A DNA stretch of 64,000 nt from Deltaproteobacteria bacterium (GCA_020349945.1 CP070704.1:1993749-2057748), one strand, 5' to 3'. Shown: positions 1 through 9,154, numbered from the stretch's first letter. Made by a program: numbers and translations. Notes: generated from the letters alone by a model not told the origin.

Positions 1-1
1 G

Positions 2-121
2 ATACGCAAGGTCCTGGAGGAGACAAACTGGAACCTGGTGCAGGCAGCCAAGGAGCTGGATATTGCCCGCGGCACCCTCTACAGCAAGATGAAGAAATAC
101 CGGATAGAAAAGCCCTACTAA
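2..121 (+). CDS. 3' end of a sigma-54-dependent (NtrC/Fis-family) transcriptional activator; only the C-terminal Fis-type HTH is in the window
   Basis: Frame 2 reads IRKVLEETNWNLVQAAKELDIARGTLYSKMKKYRIEKPY with stop TAA at 119-121. The pattern (N..AA..L.I.R.TLY.K.KKY) is the typical enhancer-binding-protein HTH tail. Not in the ORF track because the start lies upstream of the window. Confidence 0.7.
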   Translation: MRKVLEETNWNLVQAAKELDIARGTLYSKMKKYRIEKPY

Positions 122-243
122 CCAAGGACTCTCCCTGCCTGATTGACCCTAAACACCTACCTCGATGCCGCACCGGGATGAAGATCTCCCCTTACCTTCC
201 CTATGAGCGTTTCAGCTCCACTGCACAAGGGGCACGGTTGTCA

Positions 244-888
244 CTAAGATATCAATGAAAGGGTAAAGATAGTCATGTTCCCTAGCACATGGATGGTAAT
301 GGGAGTTATCAGACTTCGTTCCACCTCATAGGCCACTGCAAAGACAATCCCTCCAGCAACTTGGGTGATAGGGACTCCATGATTGATGGGGTGGATCAGT
401 ACAAAGATCAGGGTGCTTAAAACGAGGGCCACTACCACACCCCATCGCCGAAAGAAGCCATAAAGGATTCCCCGAAAAAAGACCTCTTCAGCTATGGGCC
501 CCACTATCCCACCAATAACGAAAAAAAGGGCAATTTCACTGTGCCTTGTGGGCAGGTGGGCTTGTATAAGTGTCAGGGGGTTAACTCCAGCAGCAAACAA
601 TACAACAAAGCCAAAAAAGGCGGCCATTCCAAAACCTGCCGACCAGATCATCCCCTTTTTGAGCCCGAAAAATAGCTTGGATCGAGCCAAGCCTATGGAC
701 GATAGGCCCTTTCCCCAGATGAGAACAGTCAAGATAAGAAGGATTATTTCAAGCAGACGCACTACACCCAAACTAACCATCGGCCGGTACAGGCCATGTG
801 GAATCACAACTTTCGTGGCGGCTTCAACGGAAAGGATTGTTGCAAGGGATATGATCAGGGTCTTTACTTCGATCTTGTTTGCTTCCAT
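244..888 (-). CDS. CPBP-family intramembrane glutamic endopeptidase (CAAX protease/Abi-like)
   Basis: Polytopic 214-aa ORF with the family motifs EEVFFRG (EExxxR) and FVLIHPINH (HxxxN/H). Confidence 0.8.
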   Translation of the reverse strand: MEANKIEVKTLIISLATILSVEAATKVVIPHGLYRPMVSLGVVRLLEIILLILTVLIWGKGLSSIGLARSKLFFGLKKGMIWSAGFGMAAFFGFVVLFAAGVNPLTLIQAHLPTRHSEIALFFVIGGIVGPIAEEVFFRGILYGFFRRWGVVVALVLSTLIFVLIHPINHGVPITQVAGGIVFAVAYEVERSLITPITIHVLGNMTIFTLSLIS

Positions 889-2351
889 CCAAGGGTCCTC
901 AAGGCCTTATAGGCATACCACTGATTGTACCAGTCAGTGGATGTTTCAGTCCTTTTTAGAATCTCCTTGACAGCCCTCCTGTCTCCCCTCTGGCCTAAGG
1001 CGTAAAAGGCCATGCAAACCACATTGAGGTGGGGGTCATCCAGAAAGGCCAATAGATCGTTGTACGTTTCAGGTCGCCGGCTAATACCCAAAGTCCTTGT
1101 CATCCAGTACCGCTCAGGGATATGAGGGCTTCCCAGCATACTTTGATAGGCCTGAAAATCACCTAGCTCCATACCTCTCTGCTGTATGATCTTCAAGGCC
1201 GCGACCCTCTTCTGCCAGCGCTCGGATCCCAAGGCCTCAGCCACATCCTTCACCTCGATCTCTCCCACCCTGCCCTGATGAAAGAGAACCAGCAAGGCAA
1301 TGCCAATGAAAAAACAAAGGATTGAGGCAATCACCGAGGAGGTCCTCACATCCAGAAAAAAACGAGATACAAAACGGAACAGGCCATAAAGGATCAGATA
1401 TAGGCTGATGGGGAATCCTATCAAGAGGGAAACGAAGGTGAACCGACGGAAAAAGGCATGCATATCACTCTTTAAAGAGAAGTCTTCCAGAACAGTTTCT
1501 GGACTGGAGAAGAAATCCTTTGGCGTGGTTCGGAGAATCGTTCTCCCCCTATTCTCGAAGACCAGATTATTGCCCTCTTGCCCTACCTTTAGGTCGACCT
1601 CGGCGTCTTCTGCCACGTGAAGATAGTCGTGATTGAGGAATTCTCTTTGCATAGAGCGTACCAGAGACTCTGTCTGGATGTTTTCAAGATTACATGTCCT
1701 GAGGATCTTCTGATCCAAAGACTTGAAGACCTCTGCGGGGTAAAGGGTATAGTGATAGTAAAAATCATTGATCCTTGTTCCTAAGGGATTGGATAAGAGC
1801 AGATTGTCTCTAAAATCCAGAAACAGCTGACGGTCCATTTGAGATGTCCATAAGAGCCCCAGCAGGAGGATGGGAATAAAGTGCGCCATCCCCTTTAACC
1901 AAGTCCCCTGGCTGGATCGTGCAGGCATCCATCTCAAAGTGGTCACAAAGATCATAGGGGGTATGACAAGAAAATAGGAGCTAACCATAGGGCAAAGGCC
2001 GCGGCGGTTTGCTCCTGCGAGACATCCCACCCACAGCAAGAAAAATACGAGCAGAAGGTATTTGTTTCGAAAAAGAAGGCGATCCCAGACCCAGGCCGCA
2101 GCTAGCGAGGAGAGGGAGAGACCAGCGCCTATACTCAGGGTAAAAAAAAGGCCCCCGAAAAACGCAGGGCCAAATTCTTGGAGGCTATATAAGGTCAGCT
2201 GGTTAGGTATCGTGAGATAACCAGCGTCTTTTATGGTCATAAGGGTACGGTAAAGGTGGCCGTTGGATAGATAAACCTGTATGGTGCCTAAAACCTGGGC
2301 CACTAGCAGACCCAGGAGAAGTACACTGGTTGTGTAAGAGCATCTATTCAT
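864..2351 (-). CDS. Polytopic membrane protein with a C-terminal HEAT-like (PBS-lyase type) repeat domain; function unknown
   Basis: 495-aa ORF with a hydrophobic N-terminal two-thirds. The C-terminus has repeats of the LL.FLDDP...V...A..ALG..GD type (WQKRVAALKIIQQRG, LLAFLDDPHLNVVCMAFYALGQRGDRRAV). It overlaps the downstream CPBP gene by 25 nt. Confidence 0.6.
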   Translation of the reverse strand: MNRCSYTTSVLLLGLLVAQVLGTIQVYLSNGHLYRTLMTIKDAGYLTIPNQLTLYSLQEFGPAFFGGLFFTLSIGAGLSLSSLAAAWVWDRLLFRNKYLLLVFFLLWVGCLAGANRRGLCPMVSSYFLVIPPMIFVTTLRWMPARSSQGTWLKGMAHFIPILLLGLLWTSQMDRQLFLDFRDNLLLSNPLGTRINDFYYHYTLYPAEVFKSLDQKILRTCNLENIQTESLVRSMQREFLNHDYLHVAEDAEVDLKVGQEGNNLVFENRGRTILRTTPKDFFSSPETVLEDFSLKSDMHAFFRRFTFVSLLIGFPISLYLILYGLFRFVSRFFLDVRTSSVIASILCFFIGIALLVLFHQGRVGEIEVKDVAEALGSERWQKRVAALKIIQQRGMELGDFQAYQSMLGSPHIPERYWMTRTLGISRRPETYNDLLAFLDDPHLNVVCMAFYALGQRGDRRAVKEILKRTETSTDWYNQWYAYKALRTLGWKQTRSK

Positions 2352-2597
2352 TTAGAGACCCTTGCATAATCTAGTCGCCGTATCTACTACTCAGGCAGAA
2401 TTTCACAGGGTAAAGGTAGCCAACGCCCCGGATCATCGGGATGGAGATCATGTAACCTTTTTCTCAGGTCGTCGCTTGAAAAAAGATATCCATGCCCGAC
2501 AGAAGATGCCTGGTTATGCAAAGGTGTTATTGTAAGCCTGATGATCGGGCGCTGGCCAAGGAGGGAAGGGGACCAGAAAGGATCATTAAAAAAGATT

Positions 2598-3893
2598 TTA
2601 ATGCTTGAATGCCCTCTGGCCTGTAAATACCATGGTCACTTGAGGTCTAGCCTCATTACACGCCTCGATTGATTCAAAGTCTCTCAGGGAGCCTCCTGGC
2701 TGGACAATGGCACTGATCCCCTCCTTTATAGCCACATCTACACCATCCCTAAAAGGGAAAAATGCATCTGATACCATTGTTGAACCTATTAGTCCACCGT
2801 GGGCGTCAGAGGTAGCTTTATCTATCTCTTCTTTTAATGCAGCATCTTTCTTGCCTCGATCTATCTCGGCTTCAAGTTGCTTATAAGAGATACCGTATTT
2901 TCTGAAACATACGGCATCCGCATATTTGGTATAGGCCTTATAAATAGCTATTTCTGCTACTCCTACCCTATCCTGCTCTCCTGTTCCGATACCAACAGTC
3001 ACTCCATCCTTAACATAGATGACTGAGTTTGATGTTATGCCCTGTTCTACTTGCCAGCCAAAGAGCATATCGGCATATTCGTCTCTTGTAGGCTTCCTGG
3101 AGATTTGGTATAATCTCCCTTCATAGTGGGCAGATGCCATCTTAAAATCGTCTGGCGATTCTATCCGGTTTAGGGGTGATTGCTGGAGAATTATTCCGCC
3201 GTCGATAAGGCTTTTGAAGTCAACGAAGCGTTTTTGTCTGTATTCGGCTAATCTATCAATCCTGCCAATCTTGATAATCCTGAGATTTGGGCTTTTTTTC
3301 AGAATAGATATAGTCTCATCTTCAAAGTCAGGTGCAGTGACTACCTCGAGATAATTAGCGTTGATTAACCGGGCTGTGTCTTTATCAATGGGCCTATTAA
3401 AAACTGCACAACCGCCGAAGGCTGCTATTCTATCTGCCACGTTTGCCTTTTGATAGGCATCGGCAATGGTTGAGCCATAGGCTACACCACAGGGGTTATT
3501 ATGCTTAACAATGACTACGGCCGGCCTTAAGGAAAGGTATTTCAATATATTCAAGGCGCTGTCGATGTCCGTTAGATTGATTTTACCCGGATGTTTTCCG
3601 CTTTGGATCAATTGTTCTTCACTTATTGCTGAGACCAGGCCTTTTCCTGGTTCGATAAAATGACACTCACCTAAGGTGAGGTTTCCGTCTATCAGCTCAT
3701 AAAGGGCTGCTTCTTGGCCCGGGTTTTCTCCATACCTGAGGCCTTTCTCAATTAGCTCCCCTGAACTCTCATCAGGGATCTTCCAAGATCTTTTCCTGTA
3801 TACCAGCTTTTGATCTCCAAAATGGATGGTGATCTGAGGTGGGAGATGATCATCCATCACCGTCCTATAAATCTTCTTCAGGTCTTCAGACAT
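2598..3893 (-). CDS. AICAR formyltransferase-domain protein (PurH-like, lacking the N-terminal MGS/IMP-cyclohydrolase domain)
   Basis: Contains LRYGENPGQEAALY and VKHNNPCGVA, both hallmark AICARFT-domain motifs of PurH. At 431 aa, the RYGENP motif sits about 55 aa from the N-terminus, so the roughly 200-aa IMPCH domain is absent. Confidence 0.75.
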   Translation of the reverse strand: MSEDLKKIYRTVMDDHLPPQITIHFGDQKLVYRKRSWKIPDESSGELIEKGLRYGENPGQEAALYELIDGNLTLGECHFIEPGKGLVSAISEEQLIQSGKHPGKINLTDIDSALNILKYLSLRPAVVIVKHNNPCGVAYGSTIADAYQKANVADRIAAFGGCAVFNRPIDKDTARLINANYLEVVTAPDFEDETISILKKSPNLRIIKIGRIDRLAEYRQKRFVDFKSLIDGGIILQQSPLNRIESPDDFKMASAHYEGRLYQISRKPTRDEYADMLFGWQVEQGITSNSVIYVKDGVTVGIGTGEQDRVGVAEIAIYKAYTKYADAVCFRKYGISYKQLEAEIDRGKKDAALKEEIDKATSDAHGGLIGSTMVSDAFFPFRDGVDVAIKEGISAIVQPGGSLRDFESIEACNEARPQVTMVFTGQRAFKH

Positions 3894-4046
3894 CTCTTAT
3901 TCCCTTTCTGGTTTTAATGGTTTTGTTTATTTTTCAATCGACTCCCGTAATCTTGGATTCGCCATTCCTCAAACCTCCTTATAGTGGCTATACATTGCCT
4001 TGAATCAATAAAACTAGTTAAAGGATACATGCCGTCTCCGGTGGAA

Positions 4047-4841
4047 CTACCTGCGATTATATCGTTTGGCTTTATGCTTTTCTATGTAGGCGTATGCATT
4101 GTGGTTGTGAATGGATTCAAAGTTTTCTGACTCAACTGCAAACCAGGTTATATTTGGATCACGCTCAAGTTTACTGGCTATATCCCTTACAATATCCTCA
4201 ACGAATTTAGGATTTTGATATGCCTTCTCAGTTACATATTTCTCGTCCTCTCTTTTTAGGACAGAGTAAACATCGCTGGAGGCAGAGCCCTCCACCAGTT
4301 TTATAAGGTCCTCTATCCATATAAATTTTTTGAATCTAACCTGTAATCTAACCTCTCCTCTCTGGTTATGAGCACTGAAACTGCTTATCTCTTTTGAGCA
4401 TGGGCACAGGGTGTTGATGGGTACATTTATCACAACGACCAGATCTTTCCCTTTATTTAAGCTGCCTTTAAAGGTGCACTGATATTCCATCAGCCCCTTG
4501 CTATGGCTAACAGGGGAAGTCTTCATTATAAAATACGGAAAGGATATTTCTATGTGTGCACTTTCGGCATTGAGCCGTTCTTTCATGGTCGAAAGGATGT
4601 CTGAGAAGTTATGAATAGAGATCCGTCTATCATGTTCATTTAGAATCTCAACAAGCCGGCTCATATGGGTGCCTTTATAGTTCCGGGGAAGGTTAACGTA
4701 CATGTTAATCACGGCTACAGTCTGCTGCGTTTTTGTTTGTTTATCGAGGACCGTTATTGGGTAGCGGATGTCCTTCACCCCGACCTTGTCTACATCAATA
4801 TTGCGATCATCCTGTTGATTTTGAATATCCAGATCTATCAT
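4047..4841 (-). CDS. folE2: GTP cyclohydrolase I type 2 (FolE2/MptA family)
   Basis: 264 aa with VDKVGVKDIRYPITV, KGTHMSRLVEIL and LCPCSKEIS..AHNQRG, which match the FolE2 family signature regions. Confidence 0.85.
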   Translation of the reverse strand: MIDLDIQNQQDDRNIDVDKVGVKDIRYPITVLDKQTKTQQTVAVINMYVNLPRNYKGTHMSRLVEILNEHDRRISIHNFSDILSTMKERLNAESAHIEISFPYFIMKTSPVSHSKGLMEYQCTFKGSLNKGKDLVVVINVPINTLCPCSKEISSFSAHNQRGEVRLQVRFKKFIWIEDLIKLVEGSASSDVYSVLKREDEKYVTEKAYQNPKFVEDIVRDIASKLERDPNITWFAVESENFESIHNHNAYAYIEKHKAKRYNRR

Positions 4842-4949
4842 TGTCTTAGCTCTTTTTGTGTTTGTTAAAATAGATATTATCTAATCTTTCCAAAGTCAAT
4901 AAAAAGTACGGTGAACAGAGAGATAGTGGATCTCCTGTTCATAATTTTC

Positions 4950-4978
4950 TTGATTTTTCTAAGGGAAAATAGGATATT
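4950..4978 (+). promoter_or_regulatory. Candidate sigma-70 promoter for tRNA-Pro
   Basis: TTGATT (4950-4955), a 17-nt spacer, then GATATT (4973-4978). The -10 element ends about 14 nt before the mature tRNA 5' end. Confidence 0.35.
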
Positions 4979-4992
4979 GGACTCACCTTATT

Positions 4993-5069
<77 letters not shown>

Positions 5070-5132
5070 GGATTACTTTTAGTTACCAGGAGGAAAAAGG
5101 TTTAGAGGTAGATTGCTTGGAAGGGCATTAAT

Positions 5133-5657
5133 ATGGAACAGGTACTCCTTTTGAATATTACTTACGAACCTCTTAGGGTCATCAACTGGAAGAGGGCAAT
5201 TACTATGCTCACCCTGGGTAAGGTGGAGGTGGTTGAAGAGTATAACAGGGAAATCCATTCGGTATCTTTTTCCATTAAACTGCCTGCCGTTGTCCGGCTT
5301 TTAAGATTTGTAAGAAGGCCAAAGACACCCGTTAAATTTAGCAGACAGAATATCTATATTCGGGATAATTACAGATGTCAGTACTGTGGCGGGCTATTCC
5401 CACCGACTGAGCTTACTTGGGATCACGTTTTGCCTAGGGCAAGGGGGGGTAAAACAGAGTGGGAAAACATCGTCACCTGTTGTATTGAGTGCAATAGAAA
5501 GAAGGGGGGGAGAATTCCCTCGGAGGTCTCAATGACCTTGATCAGGAAACCGGAGAAGCCAGAATGGCTGCCTGTTCTAACGATCACATTAGGGTTCAGG
5601 CATATGCCCCAGTCATGGAGGGATTATATTTACTGGAATGTGGAACTGGAGGACTGA
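5133..5657 (+). CDS. HNH endonuclease (McrA/COG1403-like)
   Basis: CQYCG...WDHVLPRARGGKTEWENIVTCCIECNRKK is a complete HNH/zinc-finger nuclease motif. Confidence 0.8.
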   Translation: MEQVLLLNITYEPLRVINWKRAITMLTLGKVEVVEEYNREIHSVSFSIKLPAVVRLLRFVRRPKTPVKFSRQNIYIRDNYRCQYCGGLFPPTELTWDHVLPRARGGKTEWENIVTCCIECNRKKGGRIPSEVSMTLIRKPEKPEWLPVLTITLGFRHMPQSWRDYIYWNVELED

Positions 5658-5702
5658 GCGTGCAAGTCTAGAGAGGTCAAGGATCAGCCATTGGTTGACC
5701 GC

Positions 5703-6194
5703 TTACTCGGATATGAGGCAGGCCCAATTGATTGAGGTAAATGTTCTGGACAGACGGTGGTCATCATCCACCATAGTAAAGATTAAATCAGTAAAGACCT
5801 TTCTGGCAATGGTCTGAATCAGCTCTGGGGGAATAAGCTTGTCTTCTCTTCCATGAAAGATATAAACAGGAAGTGTGAATTTTTCCGCTAGATGTGGGGT
5901 AAATTCTGGGAGGTTAAGGGCTGGGGCAAGGAGGATGAGCTTTTTTATCCTATCCTGATTCTGGAACGCATATAAGGCAGCCATCAACCCGCCCAAGGAA
6001 GAGCCTATCATAATTATTCCTCTCTTGTGTGTGAGGATCTGGTTCAGTTTTGACATCCTGGTTGACACATTGCCCACAAAGTCCGGGATAATCATCTCAG
6101 GAAAGAGGCCTCTAAAAAAGATACCTTTTGTTCCCCGGCTGCTGCTTTCTTGCCCGTGAATAAAGATTGTTGGGTTTTTTATTTTTTTCTCCAT
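5703..6194 (-). CDS. Small alpha/beta-hydrolase (YqiA/UPF0227-like esterase)
   Basis: 163 aa with nucleophile elbow GSSLGG, acidic residue in HGREDKLIP and His in DDDHRL, giving a Ser-Asp-His triad in canonical order. Confidence 0.6.
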   Translation of the reverse strand: MEKKIKNPTIFIHGQESSSRGTKGIFFRGLFPEMIIPDFVGNVSTRMSKLNQILTHKRGIIMIGSSLGGLMAALYAFQNQDRIKKLILLAPALNLPEFTPHLAEKFTLPVYIFHGREDKLIPPELIQTIARKVFTDLIFTMVDDDHRLSRTFTSINWACLISE

Positions 6195-6463
6195 GACCCT
6201 TTCTTGGCCTCTAGGTCAAGGATCTTCTTTTCCAGTTCAGCTATTCTTCTTTCAATTTCCTGAATCCTCTTGAGCCTTTCTGCTTTGCTCATCTTTTTAG
6301 TGATCTTTTCTTGAACCTTTTCTGGACCTTTCTCTTTGACTATTCTATGAACACTTGAGAGACCTACCCCAAATTCTTTGGCTATCTTTCTCATAGGGAG
6401 TCCCCGTGAATGGGCTTCTATAACCTTCTGCCTTATTGTTTGATCAATCTTTTTTCTGGCCAT
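6179..6463 (-). CDS. Small HTH protein with a C-terminal coiled coil (resolvase/IS OrfA-like HTH); function unknown
   Basis: 94 aa. IEAHSRGLPMRKIAKEFGVGLSSVHRIVKE resembles an HTH_23/28-type motif, followed by a Lys/Glu-rich helix. Its 3' end overlaps the esterase start by 16 nt. Confidence 0.45.
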   Translation of the reverse strand: MARKKIDQTIRQKVIEAHSRGLPMRKIAKEFGVGLSSVHRIVKEKGPEKVQEKITKKMSKAERLKRIQEIERRIAELEKKILDLEAKKGSWRKK

Positions 6464-6482
6464 TTTTATCTCCTTTCAAGGT

Positions 6483-6794
6483 TTAGGTTTTTGAGTCTTT
6501 AGATAGTTTAATGAGTGGCCTATCTCTGAGTCTTGTTACCTCGGTAATATCCAGAGACTCAAAAATAGGATATACGCTTATCCTATCTCCCTCGTTGATA
6601 GCGTGATTGAAAGGAACTGATTCACCATTAACAAGAACAAGATCAACCTCCTCAGGTGGCACTCCCAGGAGGCAAATCGCCTCTTTGATGGTAGTTGGAT
6701 TTTCTAGGGATAGGCTGAAAGTTATTTTTCTTTTTTCATGAGGCAAATAATCATTCAGTTCCTCATAGAGGCGAAAATATGCATTACAGCTCAT
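6483..6794 (-). CDS. Stand-alone ubiquitin-fold protein (Mut7-C N-terminal ubiquitin-like / MoaD-ThiS-like)
   Basis: FRLYEELNDYLP...KEAICLLGVPPEEVDLVLVNGESVPFNHAINEGDRISVYPIFESLDI matches the N-terminal ubiquitin-like module of Mut7-C RNase-domain proteins. The ORF stops about 20 aa after it, so no nuclease domain is present. Confidence 0.6.
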   Translation of the reverse strand: MSCNAYFRLYEELNDYLPHEKRKITFSLSLENPTTIKEAICLLGVPPEEVDLVLVNGESVPFNHAINEGDRISVYPIFESLDITEVTRLRDRPLIKLSKDSKT

Positions 6795-7061
6795 GAGAGT
6801 GAACTTTCCCTTTAAATATTAGTTAACCCTGGTAGGTGACGGTTAGTAGTTTTAGGCTAGATGTCGCAGGTAACCTATTCGATCTTAACAAATATGTTGT
6901 TATTTTGCTAAAGAAACACATAGTCTCACCGGGAAATCACCATTTTTAAGATAACATATTTTCCTGTTCTTTTGCTACTCATTTTTTACACAATGTCCAT
7001 TGGAGCAACTCAAGAAACCTATTTTCAGGTCTTCGAGAGAGGACGGTCACCAACCAGATAA

Positions 7062-7238
7062 TTTTCAGGGGACAAAGCCCCAAGGGTTATTGAGGCAATG
7101 AGAAACGTTCCCCAACATCTGTCTGTACCAGAAGACATATTATTGATCAGCTCAACCGACGGTGCAAGGATGATCATCCCCGTGGAGGAAGAAGGGGTAT
7201 ACAGGAACTGGTTCTTCTTAAGAAAGAAAAGGGGGTGA
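7062..7238 (+). pseudogene. Internally deleted remnant of protein-L-isoaspartate O-methyltransferase (pcm)
   Basis: The open frame reads ...APRVIEAMRNVPQHLSVPEDILLISSTDGARMIIPVEEEGVYRNWFFLRKKRG*. VIEAMRNVPQHLSVPE resembles the Pcm N-terminal motif (VL.AM..VPR..FVPE). GARMIIPVEEEG resembles the Pcm C-terminal GG.L..PVG motif. The whole SAM-binding core (about 150 aa) is missing between them. Confidence 0.5.
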
Positions 7239-7295
7239 TAATAAAAAGGGTGGCAATCGAAGCCCTGTTTGTTTCCATGATAGGAGGCTAAGAGA

Positions 7296-8315
7296 TCATG
7301 GCTCGATAATTACCTTGATTGAATCCCGGGCCTTTTCAACGAGGCAGAATCCCTCCCTTGCCTTGGCGAGTGGAAAACGATGGGTTATCATATCCTTTAC
7401 AACAATATTTTTTGACCTGATCAACTCCATTGCCTCACTTATGTCTGAAGGAGAGCCGGCATAGGATGTGGTAATTGTTATCCCGTCATGCCAGATATCA
7501 TATAAGGGCAGGTCGATATGGATACCAGGCTCTGTGGGGGCGAAGATAAGGACAGTCCCTCCTCTATCAACGGTTTTCCAGGCCATACGAACTGCCTCTA
7601 TGACCCCAGCAGCAACTACCACCATGTCTGCCAGACGTCCATTATTAACACCTTTAAGACGTTCGGGAATGTTACCATGGGCCAGAATAGCCGCTGATGC
7701 CCCGAATCGCTGGGCAAATACCAGCCGCTTTTTATGTATGTCAGTTACCACTACAGAGCTTGCACCCAAGGCCCTTGCCAGTTTAAGATGGAGTAATCCC
7801 GCAGTGCCTCCCCCTATTATAAAGACTGTTTGGCCTGGCTTAAGATGAGCAGTTTTTTGACCCCTCAGAACACAGGCCAAGGGCTCAATAAACGTTCCCT
7901 CTTCATATGAGATTTCATCGGGTAGAAGGAATACCCCCCGCTCAGCATTGATTCTTGGCACCCTGATGAATTCAGCGAATCCTCCAGGATCAAAGTTGGT
8001 TTCTCTTAAGGTAGCACATACTGTATGGTGACCCTTTAGGCAATAATGGCACGTGTTGCAGGGAATATGATGGGATACAAAGACCCGATCACCGACGTTA
8101 AATCTGTTAACATGTTCCCCCACCTTAACTATCTGCCCTGTCATCTCATGACCGAGCACAAGAGGGGCCTTTTTTGCTCTATACCATTCGAGGACATCAC
8201 TACCACATATCCCACATGCACGCATTTGGACCAATAGCTCATCTGCTCCTATCTTGGGTACAGGGATTTCCTCCAGCCTTATATCCCTGTTATTATAATA
8301 CATCGCGCATTTCAA
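7296..8315 (-). CDS. Zinc-dependent medium-chain alcohol/polyol dehydrogenase (sorbitol/threonine-DH-like)
   Basis: CGICGSDV, GHEMTGQIV, the structural-zinc cluster CNTCHYCLKGHHTVC and Rossmann motif IIGGGTAGL. Confidence 0.85.
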   Translation of the reverse strand: MKCAMYYNNRDIRLEEIPVPKIGADELLVQMRACGICGSDVLEWYRAKKAPLVLGHEMTGQIVKVGEHVNRFNVGDRVFVSHHIPCNTCHYCLKGHHTVCATLRETNFDPGGFAEFIRVPRINAERGVFLLPDEISYEEGTFIEPLACVLRGQKTAHLKPGQTVFIIGGGTAGLLHLKLARALGASSVVVTDIHKKRLVFAQRFGASAAILAHGNIPERLKGVNNGRLADMVVVAAGVIEAVRMAWKTVDRGGTVLIFAPTEPGIHIDLPLYDIWHDGITITTSYAGSPSDISEAMELIRSKNIVVKDMITHRFPLAKAREGFCLVEKARDSIKVIIEP

Positions 8316-9112
8316 GGTTTAGATCCCTTCTTCAGTTCCTCGAAAAGTTCTTGAGCCTCTTTTGGTGTTGAATTCCTATGAATAATGGCGTTTAGTGCCC
8401 TCATCATAGGGACTGGATGTGGGTTTTGCCAGACATTCCTCCCCAGATTAACCCCTATTGCCCCCTTTTGAATGCCATCATAAACAAATTCAAATACCTC
8501 GAACTCTGTCTCACATCTCGGGCCACCTGCAATAACTATGGGAACAGGACAACCTTCCACTACCTTTTCAAAATCCTTGGCGCAGTAATAGGTTTTTGCA
8601 ATCCTTGCCCCCAATTCAGCAGCAATTCGACAGCTCAAGCCAAGATACCTGGCTTCCCTTTTTTCCAGTTCCTTGCCTACAGCGGTTACGGCCATAACAG
8701 GAATACCAAAATTTTCACACTGATCAACAAGCCAGGCAAGGTTGGTCAACGTCTGCTTTTCATAATCAGAACCCACAAAGATAGAGACACCAACAGCGGC
8801 AGCATTGAGCCTGATGATCTCCTCTATTGATGTAGTGATGGTCTCATTGGCTAGGTCAGATCCGATTATACTGGTACCGCCAGAAACCCTCAGGATAATC
8901 GGAGTTTGGCTGTTAGGTGGGACACACGAGCGTAATATACCCCTCGTAACAAAGAGACCATCGGCATAGGGAAGAAGTTCTCTTATTGTCTCTGATGGTT
9001 TTTCCAAACAACTGGTAGGCCCCTGGAAATAGCCGTGATCTATAGGCAAAAACTGGCAGCGACCATCTTCCTTGATTAATCTGGAAAGCCTGTTTTCAAT
9101 ACCCCAATCCAT
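8312..9112 (-). CDS. Class I aldolase of the DeoC/FbaB(DhnA)/LsrF family
   Basis: LPIDHGYFQGP, the Schiff-base lysine context ARIAKTYY, and NLGRNVWQ...AIIH. It overlaps the downstream ADH start by 4 nt. Confidence 0.75.
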   Translation of the reverse strand: MDWGIENRLSRLIKEDGRCQFLPIDHGYFQGPTSCLEKPSETIRELLPYADGLFVTRGILRSCVPPNSQTPIILRVSGGTSIIGSDLANETITTSIEEIIRLNAAAVGVSIFVGSDYEKQTLTNLAWLVDQCENFGIPVMAVTAVGKELEKREARYLGLSCRIAAELGARIAKTYYCAKDFEKVVEGCPVPIVIAGGPRCETEFEVFEFVYDGIQKGAIGVNLGRNVWQNPHPVPMMRALNAIIHRNSTPKEAQELFEELKKGSKP

Positions 9113-9125
9113 GCAGTCCTCCTTT

Positions 9126-9154
9126 CAAAAATTAAGGGCCTTTAAGTAGCCCTT
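9126..9154 (-). terminator. Hairpin plus T-run between the inositol-phosphate synthase and aldolase genes (attenuator or partial terminator)
   Basis: On the minus strand: AAGGGC-tacttaaag-GCCCTT followed by AATTTTTG. It sits 43 nt after the ino1 stop and just before the aldolase RBS. Confidence 0.4.

Noticed and set aside
3894-4992. ZTP (pfl), THF or preQ1-type riboswitches upstream of the purH-like and folE2 genes
   Set aside because: The leaders are AT-rich, and I could not find the conserved cores I remember for these classes (for example CCGCCTGGGC for ZTP). An Rfam scan would be decisive.
5070-7400. An att-type direct repeat of the tRNA-Pro 3' end that would delimit an integrated island
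   Set aside because: I could not find a second copy of the TCAAATCCTCTCGCCCCGACCA segment downstream, and there is no integrase. A manual search is not exhaustive.
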